Origin: Carcharhinus longimanus | Taxonomy: Eukaryota | DNA: 64,000 nucleotides | NCBI GenBank assembly: GCA_030264375.1 | Contig: JASCQW010000130.1 | Location: 36,939,988 to 37,003,987 of the forward strand | Direction of reading: 5' to 3' | In this document: piece by piece, positions 37,997-50,083 of the stretch | Numbering within the stretch: the first letter of the stretch is position 1 | Layout of the letters: each line of letters starts with the position of its first letter | Notes under the pieces: generated by a model | The model's database searches: none | Seen by the model: the letters and a program-made list of their open reading frames with translations, nothing else | Told to the model about the DNA's origin: nothing | Made by a program: the position numbers and the translations under genes

Positions 37997-38544
37997 GGGC
38001 CAATGCATTCTATCAATAACATACATGTGAGTAGATTGTTGAGATATTGAGACATGGCAAAATGAGAAGCCACTGAGTTAAACTCAAGTAACAAGAGAGG
38101 GAAGCTAGATGTTAGCAGTTTTTTTCTTTATTTGGTGATCGATATGGCATTCCAGAGGAGACAGTGAAAAAAGAATTCTTACAACTCTCAACTAGGGGTT
38201 AGGCACATCTTTCTAGAACCAAATGATTGCGAAAGAAAGGAGGTGGATTTTAGGGAATAACTAACCAGTTTGCTTCTGTGTGATTAACATGACAGCCTTT
38301 CCAGGGTTGAAGAGAAATGTTAAAAGAGCTTTCGTGAATTACCAATGCCTCTCTGTTCTTTGCCATTCCTAGGGAGGGGATGAGAAAGCAGGGAGACAAT
38401 CCAACAAGAAACCAACATGAGCACACATGGGCCAAACAGCCTTCTGTCTCTCAAACTGCATGACAAAGCACAAGAAAACATACAAAATGTCGCAGAATGT
38501 CTTCCTGCTCCCGCAGATTCAGCAATGTAGAATTCTTTTATTAC

Positions 38545-38684
38545 CTGGCTTCCTGCAGGTCCAATCTTTGGGATGTATGAGACAATCCTGAAGAGAAAAT
38601 CCCGGATCTTCTTAAAGTTATCCTGGCCAATGCTCCAGGATTCGTCCACCAGAAACACAATGTCAGCCTTGGCTCTACCACAAA
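38545..38684 (-). CDS. COL7A1: Collagen VII-like exon, vWA domain start with MIDAS DxSxS (140 nt)
   Basis: tgtcAG|(V)[46 protein letters not shown]|GTAAT; phase 1-0. Confidence 0.95.
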
Positions 38685-39067
38685 CTGACACAGGAAAAAA
38701 CAAAGAGTAGTCAGTCAGTCCAGGTCAGGAATTATAAATTCCTGGTACTCTCCAAACTTCTTTGCATATATCCTGCTCTCCAGATTAAAGCAGTTAGTTG
38801 CCAGGGTAACTATGAAGAAGAAGATTTCAATTGACACAGCTTTTATAGCCTCCTGTGGTATCATATTCTAGATGTCACAGAATGGCAATACAGGCCATTC
38901 AGTCCACTATCCCTGTGCCGGCTCTTAGAGCTATTCAAGTGGTCCAACTCTCCTCACATCCCTGTACATTTTCCTTGAAAGCTTTACACCTAATTTTCTT
39001 TTGAAAGTTACCATTGAGCCTGCTTACATTAACCTGAGTAATTATTTTTTTCCCTCATTTCCTCCCC

Positions 39068-40385
39068 GAGGCCTGATGGGATATATTCCAAGTTACTGCG
39101 AGAGGCAAAGGAAGAAATAACTGAGGCCTTAACAGGTATCTTCATATCCTTCTTGACCACAGGCGAGGTTCCAAAGGATTGGAGAATAGCCAATGTTGTT
39201 CCCTTGTTTAAGGAAGGAAGCAGGGATAATCCAGCAAATTATAGGCCGGTGAACCTAAAGTAGGTGGTGGGAAAGCTTTTGGAGAAGATACTGACTGGAT
39301 ATGTGCACATTTGGAAGAAAATGGAGTAGTTAGTAACAGGCAGCATGGTTTTGTACTGAGACGGTCAAGTCTCAACAACTTGATTGAGTTTTCTGAAGAG
39401 ATGACAAAGATAATTGATGAGGGAAGGGCTGTGGATTTAGTTTATGTGGACTTTAATAAGGCGTTTGACAAGGTCCCACATGGCAGACTGATACAAAAAT
39501 TAAAATCACATGGGATTCAGTGTGGGCTGGCTAGATGGATACAGAACTGACTTGGTTATAGAAGACGGAGAGTAGTTGTGGAAGGGTGTTTTTCAGAGTG
39601 AAGATTTGTAGCCAGTGGTGTTCCGCAGGAATCAGTGCTGGGAACTCTGCTATTTGTAGTATATATAAATGAGCTGGAGGAAAATGTGGGTAGTCTGATT
39701 AGTAAGTTTGCAGATGAGATGAAGATTGGTGGAGTTGCTGATAGTGCCAGAGATTGTCAGAGGATGCAACAGCAAATCGATAGATTGGAGACTTGGGCAC
39801 AGAAATAGCTGACGGAGTTTAATCCGTAAAAGTGCGAGTTGATGCATTTTGGAGGATCAAATTTAGGTGTGAATTATACTGTAAATGGCAGAACCCTTAG
39901 GAACATTAACATACAGAGGGATCTGGGTGTGCAGGTCCATAGTTCCCTAAAAGTGGCAACACAGGTGGCCAAGGTGATTAAGAAGGCATATGGCATGCTT
40001 CCCTTCATCAGCTAGGGCATTGAGTATTAGAGTTGGGAATTCACGTAAAACCTTTTATATGATGTAAAACCGATACAAAACCTTGGTTTGGCCGCATTTG
40101 GAGTATTGCATGCAGTTCTAGTCACCACACTCCCCAGAAGTACGTGGAAGTTTTGGAGAGAATGCAAAAAAGGCTCACCAGGATATCGCCTGGTCTCAAG
40201 GGTGTTGGCTATGAGGAGTGGTTGAATAAACTAGGATTGAGGGGAGACCAGATAGAGATCTACAAAATTATGAGAGGCATAGACAGGGTGGATAGTCAGA
40301 AGCTTTTTCCAAGGTGGAAGTGTCAATTACAAGAGGGCATAGGTTTAAGGCGAGAGGGGGAAAGTTTAAGGGAGATGTGTTGGGG
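39068..40385 (+). mobile_element. CR1-like LINE ORF2 reverse-transcriptase remnant (~1.3 kb, pseudogenised)
   Basis: VPKDWRIANVVPLFKEG...NYRPV, RQHGF...NLIEF.EE.TK..DEGRAVD.VY.DF.KAFDKVPH, SKFADE; in-frame stops. Confidence 0.9.
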
Positions 40386-42193
40386 AAGTCAGGCAGGTCT
40401 AATGATGATTCAGAAGTTAAACAGATAGTCCAAGGACTGAATCTCAAAGATAAGGGATGCTGTTCTGAGTTAGCTGATCTCAGTTAGATCAGCAGTTAAG
40501 GATCTACATTTAGCCTTCGCATTCTTGGCCCAGGACTCTTGCTGTTGATTGTTCTCTGCTGGCTGTGTCCTGCAGCTCAGCCTCCCACCTCCCCATTCCC
40601 CAACTCAATGCTTGATGTAAAGGTTCAAATACAAAGGGCTGGATAAGCAATCAGAGGACAGTTGAAGCTGGTGGAACTGAACACCAGCAAGAAGCCATAC
40701 TGCCACAACAGAGAGGAGGAAGATGAGGGGAGAGGAGGAACAACAACGTCAGGCAGCAACAGGGGAGCAGGAGCAGAGCAAGATGAGCACGCCATGAAAA
40801 AATTTTGAGGAATACAAGATTAGACTGGGGCGGGGGGGGGGGGAGGTGGGAGGAATCTTACGTTAATATCACTTCGATATCATGAGCTGAAAGACAGGGG
40901 AACATGATCAGAAACACACAGAAATATTCAGTTCCTCTAAATATCTTTCTATGAAAGTGAAATAGAAGGAACATTATTTGTTCTTGGTCCAACTCTTCTA
41001 ATGAGTTAGTGAGAATCTCCTAATGAGAATCTAATTCTCCCAATAGAAATTGTTTCTCTATAAGGTCCCTTTAAGATTCTGAAAACTTTGATCAATTCAC
41101 TTTCTAAATCCAAGGGAATCCAAACCTAACTTGGACTGTTCTTGGGTCCCTCCTGGACTGTCTGGGTGAGCTTTGGAACATTTTGTGATGTCAGCTGCCA
41201 CTTTGTCCTTTGTTTTTATATTATGAGTCGATAAATTTGATGTAAGTGGCTGGGCCAGGAAGACTGACATAATTGGGAACTCTCAAGGAGTAATGCAAGG
41301 AGCAGAATCTTCCAGTGTTTTTTCGAGGTGTTGGCTCAGTGAGAAAAACATTGTGCAACCCTTCGGCTGCACTGCCGGCTTTTCCTGCCATATTTTCCGA
41401 CACTTAGAGAAAGAAAATGCTGGAACTGGGTCCTCTGAAGGAGCTCACCCCATCAGCAATATTGACCTTCCAGAAATTGGGGATCCATTTTTATGGTGCA
41501 CCGATTTATCAGAACAAAAAGTACAACCAAAGATCCCTCCCCCCCCACCGCCCCACCGACACNNNNNNNNNNNNNNNNNNNNNNNNNNNNNNNNNNNNNN
41601 NNNNNNNNNNNNNNNNNNNNNNNNNNNNNNNNNNNNNNNNNNNNNNNNNNNNNNNNNNNNNNACAGCATGGGGAAACCACTCCCCACCCCCCAACCCCAC
41701 CACTCGCCCCGCAGATACAGGGAAACCGCCCCCATGGACCCCTCCAGAGGAAGACCCCCCCCCCCAACTCTGGCACTGTTCCTGGTATATCCTGGCACTG
41801 CCCTCTGACCCTCCCCCACCCCATAGCACTAGGGTACTGGCTGGGCATGTTGCTCCCCTCCCCCCTGAAGGTGGTACTTACCTCAGTGGATTTACTTTGC
41901 CAGGTTCTCATTGCTCCAGGCCTGTTGTAAACCTTGCCGAGGAGTTCCAAATGTGAGAGGCAATGCAGGGGGAGGGGGGAGCCCACTGATGATAATTCAA
42001 TGTATTGTATCACTGGTGGGGGTGGGGGCGATTGCATTGTAAGATCTTGCCAGCGCAAATCTAATTTTCGGTCTCTCACAAGAGTTAGTGCCCCCATCGT
42101 CATCTACGTCTCGGCAAATGGGGGGGGTGGGGGAACACAAATTTCCTGCTGCCTTCCTTGTTCAGTTGATCCATGCGCAGGTCACTCACTTAC

Positions 42194-42424
42194 CAGCTGT
42201 ATCCTGCGAGGCCTGAGGTGCCAATACTCTCCTGGTCGTGGCAGAGGCTGTGGCAGTGATCCTCCTGGAGGGCATGGTTGTAGGCACTGAGGCCAATTTG
42301 CCTTGGCTGCTGTTTAGATGCCCGGCCTTGGGTCGGAACGCTGGAGCAAGGGCAGGTTTTGTTGCCAGGGCGACTGGCAAAATGACCACTGGCTTTGACG
42401 TGACTGAAGATTTCCTTTTGGAGC
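42194..42424 (-). CDS. COL7A1: Collagen VII-like exon, basic Ser/Thr/Pro/Ala-rich linker between FN3 array and vWA (231 nt)
   Basis: Polypyrimidine tract tttgatctttcctcAG, open frame (R)SKRKSSVTSKPVVILPVALATKPALAPAFRPKAGHLNSSQGKLASVPTTMPSRRITATASATTRRVLAPQASQDTA, donor GTAAGT; phase 1-1 matches both neighbours. No domain motif, so support is weaker. Confidence 0.7.
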
Positions 42425-42939
42425 CTGAGGAAAGATCAAAACTGAGACAGGTTCTTTTGGGCAATGATGTTAAAGCCTAGGAATTATCTATTTCAGACAG
42501 GATTTTTAAAAAAAATCTGCCTTTACTCTATAAATAATTTTGAGTTAGTAATTATTCTTACATTTCAATTAAGACTGTCGCCAATAGACTTTTGATCTCT
42601 AATCTTTAATCTGTGGTTAAACCATTTCTTTACAGTCTGACTTTCTGTCCATATATTTCTGAGTCAGTTCCCAAATTTAGTCCAGGGATCTGGTACTGCC
42701 TTCTGAATGGAGTCAAATTCAGAGTCACATCATTGCCTGAGCACCCAGTCTCCAGAACGTTCGGGAGAATTGGGATGTAATTGGGATGAGTTCTCAGTCT
42801 CCAATGCTGGAGGAGCAGTTGAATACAATTCCTCACTTTCTGTCATTTTGGCAAGTTAAAACGACTGCGGGATGCATTCCCCTTTTTCCAGCTCTGGTCC
42901 CAGCAAGGAATTGGTCAAAACCTGGGACGAAGTTGTGGA

Positions 42940-43328
42940 TCTCATAGGAACTTATAAAATTCTGACAGGGTTAGACAGAGTATTTTCAGAAAGAATGTTC
43001 TCAATGGTGGGGGAGTCCAGAACTAGGGGGATCACAGTTTAAGGAAAATGGATAAACCTTCTAGAACTGAGGTGAGGAGAAATTTCTTCACCCAGAGTGG
43101 CGAATGTGTGGAATTCACTACCACAGAACATAGTTGAGGCCAAAACGTCTGATTTCAAGAAGAAATTAAATATAGCTCTTGGGGCTGAAGGAATCCATGG
43201 ATATGGGGGGGGGGGGAAGGCAGGGTCAGGAAATTGAATTTGATGATCAGTAATGATCAAAATGAATAATGGAGCAGCTAGAAAAGCTGAATGGCCTACT
43301 CCTGCTTCTAGTTTTTATGTTTCTATGT
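42940..43328 (+). mobile_element. CR1-like LINE 3' fragment
   Basis: Close paralog of 9562-10001 (gaggagaaatttcttcacccagag...ggaattcacta...gatttcaagaagaaatta). Confidence 0.82.
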
Positions 43329-44068
43329 AACACCGAGAGCCAAGGTTGGGATGAACTGCTGGGAAACATTGCGCTGAGAATACCTTGAAATTAAAAGCAT
43401 TGGAACTCATATAAAATTTCAAGAAATCAATCGCAGCTACAGATCTGAAAATGAAGAGTTTAGATGATATTAAACCGAACATTACTGCACTTCCTGAGCA
43501 TGGCGCTGTTGAGCTTGTACAGTCATCTATTCTCCTCAGTGCCCCCTGGTGGGTATTCTGGAGGACTGCAGGTTGCTTTCTGAACTTGTCACATTCAGAA
43601 TGTTGTTTATTTTGCTTATTGATTCCAGTGACGTCCTTCCTGATTCCTACAATCCAGCGTGGATGTTTCCCAGCTGCCTGATTAGCCTGTGTTTGATAGA
43701 TTTCATAGCTTTGGACAAATACGTGTAAGAGCAGGCTAGTCGGGGGACAACTCAGGGGAGCATCATACAGTAATGGCCGTTATCAACATGAGGTTCCTGA
43801 GCTTGCATTGACAAGCGGTCGTAGGAACACAGGAACATAGCAGTTAGGAGCAGGAGTGGGCAAATTCAACCCTGCGAGCCTACTCCACCATTCAATCAGA
43901 TCATGGCTGATTGAATCTCAAATCCACCTCCCCTCCTGACCCCCATATCCCTCTTTCCCTTTCCTTAATTAGAAATGTGTCTATCTCTCTGTTGAAACCA
44001 TTCAACAATTTGGACTCCATCGCACTACGGGGCAGCGAGTTCCACAAATTCACTACTCTGTGAGAAGT

Positions 44069-44320
44069 ACTCTGGGTGGAAGTTACAAACAGCAAAGGGT
44101 CGAAAACTTTGCTGGGTGTATTCTATAGGCCGCCCAATAGTGACAGNNNNNNNNNNNNNNNNNNNNNNNNNNNNNNNNNNNNNNNNNNNNNNNNNNNNNN
44201 NNNNNNNNNNNNNNNNNNNNNNNNNNNNNNNNNNNNNNNNNNNNNNGGTAGGTGTTGACGTGATCGGCGCAACTCGTGGGCCGAAGGGCCTGTTTGTGCT
44301 GTAGTGTTCTATGTTCTATT
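44069..44320 (+). mobile_element. CR1-like LINE insertion collapsed across a 100-N gap, nested in an older minus-strand LINE tail (~43823-44510)
   Basis: Endonuclease-domain peptide WVEVTNSKGSKTLLGVFYRPPNSD before the gap, 3' tail ...tgttctatgttcta after it; aagta duplicated on both sides. Confidence 0.7.
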
Positions 44321-44758
44321 AAGTAGTCCCTCCTCATCTCAATTTTAAATCTACCACCTCTCACCTAGACCTGTGATGTCTTGTTCTAGATTGCCCCATA
44401 AGAGGAAATATTTGGTCTATATTTATCAATCACTTTTAAGATTTTACATACCCCTCTCATCCTTCTGAACTCCAGCCAGGATAAGCTCAAACCATTTAAT
44501 CTCTCCTTTTACAACATTAGACTGTACTGCTCTAAATTAACCTCATCTTCAACCTTGTGGACAACATCAGGAGAGTTCCACTAATGTTGCCAAACCAATG
44601 CATAAATATGACGTCCTCTGAAGTAGACATAAGTGTGAGATGGTGTAGGTGGGGGAAAACAAACCAATACATAACCCAACCACAATGTTTGAGGTCTTTC
44701 CCTCGACATAGCTCGGAATCTGCCTAGCTTCTTAAGCTACAATGATGATTGCACTCAC

Positions 44759-44905
44759 GTGTCTGGGCCGAGACAACTATGGGTGTTCCTTGCCTGCTTC
44801 CAACCATAGCTGAGACTCGAATGGTGTATGTGGAACTCTCTTCCAATCCACTTATCACGTAAAGCGTTGTGTCAGCTGGGACAACTCTTGTCCTCTCAGG
44901 ACCTC
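44759..44905 (-). CDS. COL7A1: Collagen VII-like exon, last FN3 C-terminal half (147 nt)
   Basis: cttcAG|(G)GPERTRVVPADTTLYVISGLEESSTYTIRVSAMVGSRQGTPIVVSAQT|GTGAGT; phase 1-1. Confidence 0.93.
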
Positions 44906-45333
44906 CTGAAGAGAGAATTAAATAGTGGTAGTGTAATATTCTTTACTGTTTTGGGTTCACGTACAGAACGATAGGCAGGAATCGGAGCTCTCCAATCTCC
45001 ATTCTGACAACTCTGCCCTAAGTGTGGTGGAAATTGGAGTGCCAACTTTGCTGGATGCATTGTTAAAGGTTTCATCTCAGCCTCTGTTCCAATCTTCAAT
45101 ATCCTTCTAATTAATTGCTAAAGTGTTTCAGAAAAATTTTTAAAAAACACATTTTTACTTCTAAAACATCTTTGATTTTGCTGCTGCATTTTCTCACAGT
45201 GGCTCCTTGGAGATTAATCTTTAATTGCTGGAGACTGCAGGAAAATTTTGAAGGGTTGACAGCCTGAAGTGGAACGTCTGGTTACAAACATCAGCAGAGT
45301 TTCCATCAGCTGGTCAGTGAATTTCAGGGTTAC

Positions 45334-45817
45334 GGGCTGAATTCTATGGGGTGCTGCAGTACTACACTCAGGCGATGGGGAGGTGAGCTGCGGTGTAGTG
45401 GAACTTTGCAAGTGTTTGGGGAGGCTCAGCAAGGGGGCTGAGGATTGGGGTTTGAGAGGCCAATGTGGGGAAGGAAACGTGGGGGAGATACGCCTTGGGG
45501 GCTTTGATGGGCTCAGAGGGGCCATTTAAGGAGGAATCGCACCACCCATCACCAGCTCGTGCAGAGAAACCTGCCCAGTTGGCTACAGCGTGGAGCTCTT
45601 CCATCACTGGTTAACTGCCAGTAGAAATTAATCATCTGCTTAAGGACCTCAACTGGTCTGACAGGCCACCCAATGCCAGCCCNNNNNNNNNNCCCACTGC
45701 TGGCGTGATTGCAGTGGTGGAAGAGGTGGAGTTAGACAGTGAGCATGCCAACCACTGGATTTTACAAGCCCCTCTGTCTTCAAACCTCCTCGGCAGGGGA
45801 TCATAAAATCTAATCCC
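45334..45817. mobile_element. TIR element (GGGC..AATT family)
   Basis: Ends gggctgaattctatg ... cataaaatctaatccc. Confidence 0.5.
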
Positions 45818-47433
45818 ACAGCTCCAGGGGGGCTCCTGACTAATAGCAAAATTCCAGGGAGCTCATCCACTGTGACGTCCATTCGCTCCCAGGGCTTGGG
45901 ATGAGATGTGACCCAAGCTGGCGAATGTCTCCCAACTCTCTGCCCTTCCACTAATGATTCAGCAAATTTATCCAGGGATAAAACTACACAACTGGCAAAG
46001 TTCAGCGTTCATTCCCAAATCTTTTTCTAAGTTAACTGGAGGAGATTGTAGTACCTTTGGGTTTGGAGAATTGACTGAGATTCCAGTTCCAAACCACTGT
46101 GTAGTGTCCCATGCTGGAAATACACGTGCTTATTCAGAGAAGACGGAATTAGGCTCAGGGATGTGTGATGTCCCTAGGAGCAAATAGCATGTCGACATTC
46201 ACTAATTAGGCTCAAATATAAATAGCAGCCACTTGGGCACTGTAACAATGGGCCTCTATTCAACCAGGAGTGAACATCTTCAATAGAGGAAGAACTGACC
46301 AGAGGAAACAAAGGGCCATGTTTCACAGGGGTACTGCAGAGTGCACTGTCATATAGGGTGCAGGAAGCAATGTTTGTGTTACAGGATTCCTCAACATTAT
46401 TGAATAGAGAAACACACACAAAATATTCTCCCCAACAATGCTGTCATCACAATTCTGAAGCACGCATGCTCACTCACGCAGTCAGTCACTCACCTTATAA
46501 ATAGATAAAAATACATAAATTAGAAACCTTTTGATCTTTTTATGGCCAGATGGGTGACTGAATTGGATGTGACAGCTCCCATCAACGTCATTTTCAAATG
46601 GNNNNNNNNNNNNNNNNNNNNNNNNNNNNNNNNNNNNNNNNNNNNNNNNNNNNNNNNNNNNNNNNNNNNNNNNNNNNNNNNNNNNNNNNNNNNNNNNNNN
46701 NNNNNNNNNNNNNNNNNNNNNNNNNNNNNNNNNNNNNNNNNNNNNNNNNNNNNNNNNNNNNNNNNNNNNNNNNNNNNNNNNNNNNNNNNNNNNNNNNNNN
46801 NNNNNNNNNNNNNNNNNNNNNNNNNNNNNNNNNNNNNNNNNNNNNNNNNNNNNNNNNNNNNNNNNNNNNNNNNNNNNNNNNNNNNNNNNNNNNNNNNNNN
46901 NNNNNNNNNNNNNNNNNNNNNNNNNNNNNNNNNNNNNNNNNNNNNNNNNNNNNNNNNNNNNNNNNNNNNNNNNNNNNNNNNNNNNNNNNNNNNNNNNNNN
47001 NNNNNNNNNNNNNNNNNNNNNNNNNNNNNNNNNNNNNNNNNNNNNNNNNNNNNNNNNNNNNNNNNNNNNNNNNNNNNNNNNNNNNNNNNNNNNNNNNNNN
47101 NNNNNNNNNNNNNNNNNNNNNNNNNNNNNNNNNNNNNNNNNNNNNNNNNNNNNNNGTAGGTATAGATGTGATCGGCGCAACTTGTGGGCCGAAGGGCCTG
47201 TTTGTGCTGTAGTGTTCTATGTTCTATGTAATGAAACTCCGTTCTCTGTCTCTCATTCCACGTTACCCAACATCATTCGTATCGACTGGGAATTGGTGGA
47301 GTTCACCTTAACTTCAACTGTGAATATGTTTGGTTGTCTCCTAAACAAGTTTATGAATTATGTAATAGGCAAATGCAGGGAGAAGTTAAATCCCATATTA
47401 CAAGGGTGCAAGTGATCAAGTCAAAACACCTAC

Positions 47434-47568
47434 CTCGCAGTAGAGCCCAAGATATTCTATATCCCGAGAAGCCAGGCATCTTCTTCCAGGAGAGTTTTAA
47501 GCTGTTGGATCCAGCTTCTATAACTTTCAGTTCCTTCACTGATTGGACCTGTCCAGAATCCAGAGAAG
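47434..47568 (-). CDS. COL7A1: Collagen VII-like exon, FN3 N-terminal half (135 nt)
   Basis: ttacAG|(A)SLDSGQVQSVKELKVIEAGSNSLKLSWKKMPGFSGYRISWALLR|GTAGG; phase 1-1. Confidence 0.93.
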
Positions 47569-48477
47569 CTGTAAGTGATGAAAGGACAGACTGTGTTTAC
47601 AAATAATGAATGAATCCTGTATGCTTCCTCCATGTGACCTGCAATGGAATATGTCAGTCAGAAGTATAGTCACTATTGTAGAAGAATCTCCCTCTCGATT
47701 CCTTTCAAATTCTAAGTACCTTGCCTCAAATGTGCTTCCTTCTCCTTAAGTCCTCACTGCTGTAAGATTGATCCCAGGGACTCTGGTGCATATCCTCGCT
47801 GACAATGACCCTTCACACAATCCCCAACTCAAATTTAGCGCTTCTCAAGGGTTCACAAATATTGAACATTATTGTTCTCTCTGTCTTTCTTTCCATCTAC
47901 AATGCAATAGACTTCTAAAACTCAAGTGGCATCAACCACCCATTGCTATTTGAATTACCAAGTCTTCTCTCTTGTTATGTTCAGCTTGTGTAGTGTCTTG
48001 CGCAAAGGTTTGTGACTTTTCAACCAGATGCTCAAAAATAAAAGAAAATGGGTGGAGCATTCGGCCTCTCAATTAGATCATGGCCTATCTGTATATCAAA
48101 CACATATGGAGCCTTTGCTCAACATCCTTTTTACCAGCTAACAGAAGGATATCAATATTAGTCCTGAAAACTGATTTTCCCTCAGCGACCACAGCCTATT
48201 TGAGGAAAGTGTTCCAGATATCCATGAGTCTTTGAGAGAAAATTTGTTCTTTGATTTCACTCGTTTGTGAGGTCTATCCCTACTTTTTAATTATTTCCCT
48301 TCATTCCGATTCCCTCATCAGAAGAAATTATTTCTCCGTATCTGTGCTGTTGACATCTATTTAGCTTTTAGCCACTCAATTCAGACTGCCCCTCAGTCTG
48401 TTATTGTCAAGGGAATGCAAACCAAAGTTTATGTTTTCTGTCCTTGTAATGTAACTCTTTAAACCTCAATTTTGATT

Positions 48478-49278
48478 TGATTAATTACTGTCACATGTAT
48501 TAACTTATAGTGAAAAGTATTGTTTCGTGCATGCTATACGGACAAAACATACCATTCATAGAGAAGGAAACGAGGGAGTGCAGAATGTAGTGTTACAGTC
48601 AAAGCTACGGTATAGAGAAAGATCAACTTAATGCAAGGTAAGTCTACTCAAAAGTCTGACAGCAGCAGGGAAGAAGCTGTCCTTGAATTGGTTGGCATGT
48701 GACCTCAGACTTTTGCATCTTTTTCCCGAAGGAATGAGATAGAAGAGAGAATAACTGGGGTGCTTAATTATGCTGGCTGCTTTGCTGAGGCATTGGGAAG
48801 TGCAGACAGAGTCAATGGATGGGAGGCTGGTTTGCGTGAAGAATTCACAACCTTTTGTAGTTCCCTTGTGGTCTTGGGCAGAGCAGGAGCTCTATCAAGT
48901 TGTGATACAACCAGAAAGAATGCTTTCGATGGTGCATCTGTGAACATTGGTAAGAGTCGTAGCTGACATGCCAAATTTCCTTAGTCTTCTGAGAAAGTTG
49001 AGGTGTTAGTGAACTTTCTTAACTATAGTGTCGGCATGGGGGGACCAGGACAGGTTGTTGCTGATCTGGACACCTAAAAACCTGAGCTCTCGACCCTTTC
49101 TACTTCATCCCCATTGATGTAGACAGGGGCATGTTCTTCTTTACGCTTCCTGGAGTCAACAACAATCTCTTTCGCTTTGTTGACATTAAGGGAGAGATTA
49201 TTGTTGCTACACCAGTTCACCAGATTCTCTATCTCATTCCTATACTCTGTCTCATCATTGTTTGAGATCTGACCCAAT
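48478..49278 (-). mobile_element. Rex1/Babar-like LINE 3' fragment
   Basis: GQISNNDETEYRNEIENLVNWCSNNNLSLNVNKAKEIVVD...PVYINGDEVERVES and FLRRLRKFGMS...CTIESILSGCIT; the same tail occurs on + at ~58335-58630. Confidence 0.8.
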
Positions 49279-49385
49279 ATTGTTCCAGTGATGTCCCAGT
49301 TTTCTCTCCATAATGAATAGAAATGAAGATATTACCAGTGGCTCTCTGTCCACCTCATATTACGCGGCTGTCACAATGTTTTCAT

Positions 49386-49929
49386 TGTTGCATTTAAAAC
49401 TATCGTCCCCCTCAGGTAGCCAGACAAAGTTGCAGAGTGGTTTCAAGAAGATTTATTAAAGACTCTAGCTATAGGACTTCCAGTTAAGTCATCAAGGCCA
49501 GTCAGAGTGCAGAATTCAGAAATACACAAGCAGTCAGAGTTTCAAACTTGATTACAGGTAATCAGCATATACCAATAAAAGCATAGGAGTTACCTCTATC
49601 CAATCATAGTTATTGATTAAGGTTATATCATGCATACATAAGGGTATAGTTGTCCAATTATAACTTGTGTATGTCTTCGTAATTATATCACCAAACAATG
49701 ATTGCTATATCTCTGTCCGATGGTATATCAACCTCCCTTTCCATTGTCCCTTGTCCTAATGGATAAACAATGAGCAGCACATTGTTCAATTGAATGGTCC
49801 TTAATCCTTATCTGGGTCTGCTTTGATCAAGACCTGTGGTTTTCACGTTTTTTTTCCTATGTGACTGAGTTTAGCAGCTTCAGTGAAATGTGCTTTTTAA
49901 ACTTGTGTGATTATTAACCCTTTCACACA
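49386..49929 (-). mobile_element. Candidate solo LTR (544 bp) adjacent to a collagen splice donor
   Basis: TG...CA termini, flanks tcat/tcac (4-bp TSD with one mismatch), AATAAA about 70 nt from the 3' end on the minus strand, several CCAAT-box motifs. Confidence 0.5.
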
Positions 49930-49933
49930 TCAC

Positions 49934-50083
49934 CTGTCATCTGAGATAGAGACACAGTAGGTCCCTCGGAGTTCCCATACACAGCATTGATGCTAATTTT
50001 ATAGTGAGTCTCAGGCTTCAGGTTTCCAATGTGGTAAGACAGTGTGTTGCGATCCACATATTCAGTCTGCGTAACACCTCTCC
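49934..50083 (-). CDS. COL7A1: Collagen VII-like exon, FN3 C-terminal half (150 nt)
   Basis: ttgctAG|(G)RGVTQTEYVDRNTLSYHIGNLKPETHYKISINAVYGNSEGPTVSLSQMT|GTGATG; within ORF-track entry 49923..50264; phase 1-1. Confidence 0.93.

Noticed and set aside
31953-38684. Assignment to FACIT collagens XII/XIV/XX
   Set aside because: The vWA resembles theirs, but it is followed by CxxxC and Gly-X-Y with no thrombospondin N-terminal-like domain, and the helix landmarks match collagen VII.
39068-40385. Reverse transcriptase as part of a novel RT system (retron/DGR-like)
   Set aside because: Motifs are those of CR1-type LINE ORF2, with stops and frameshifts and many paralogous fragments in the window.
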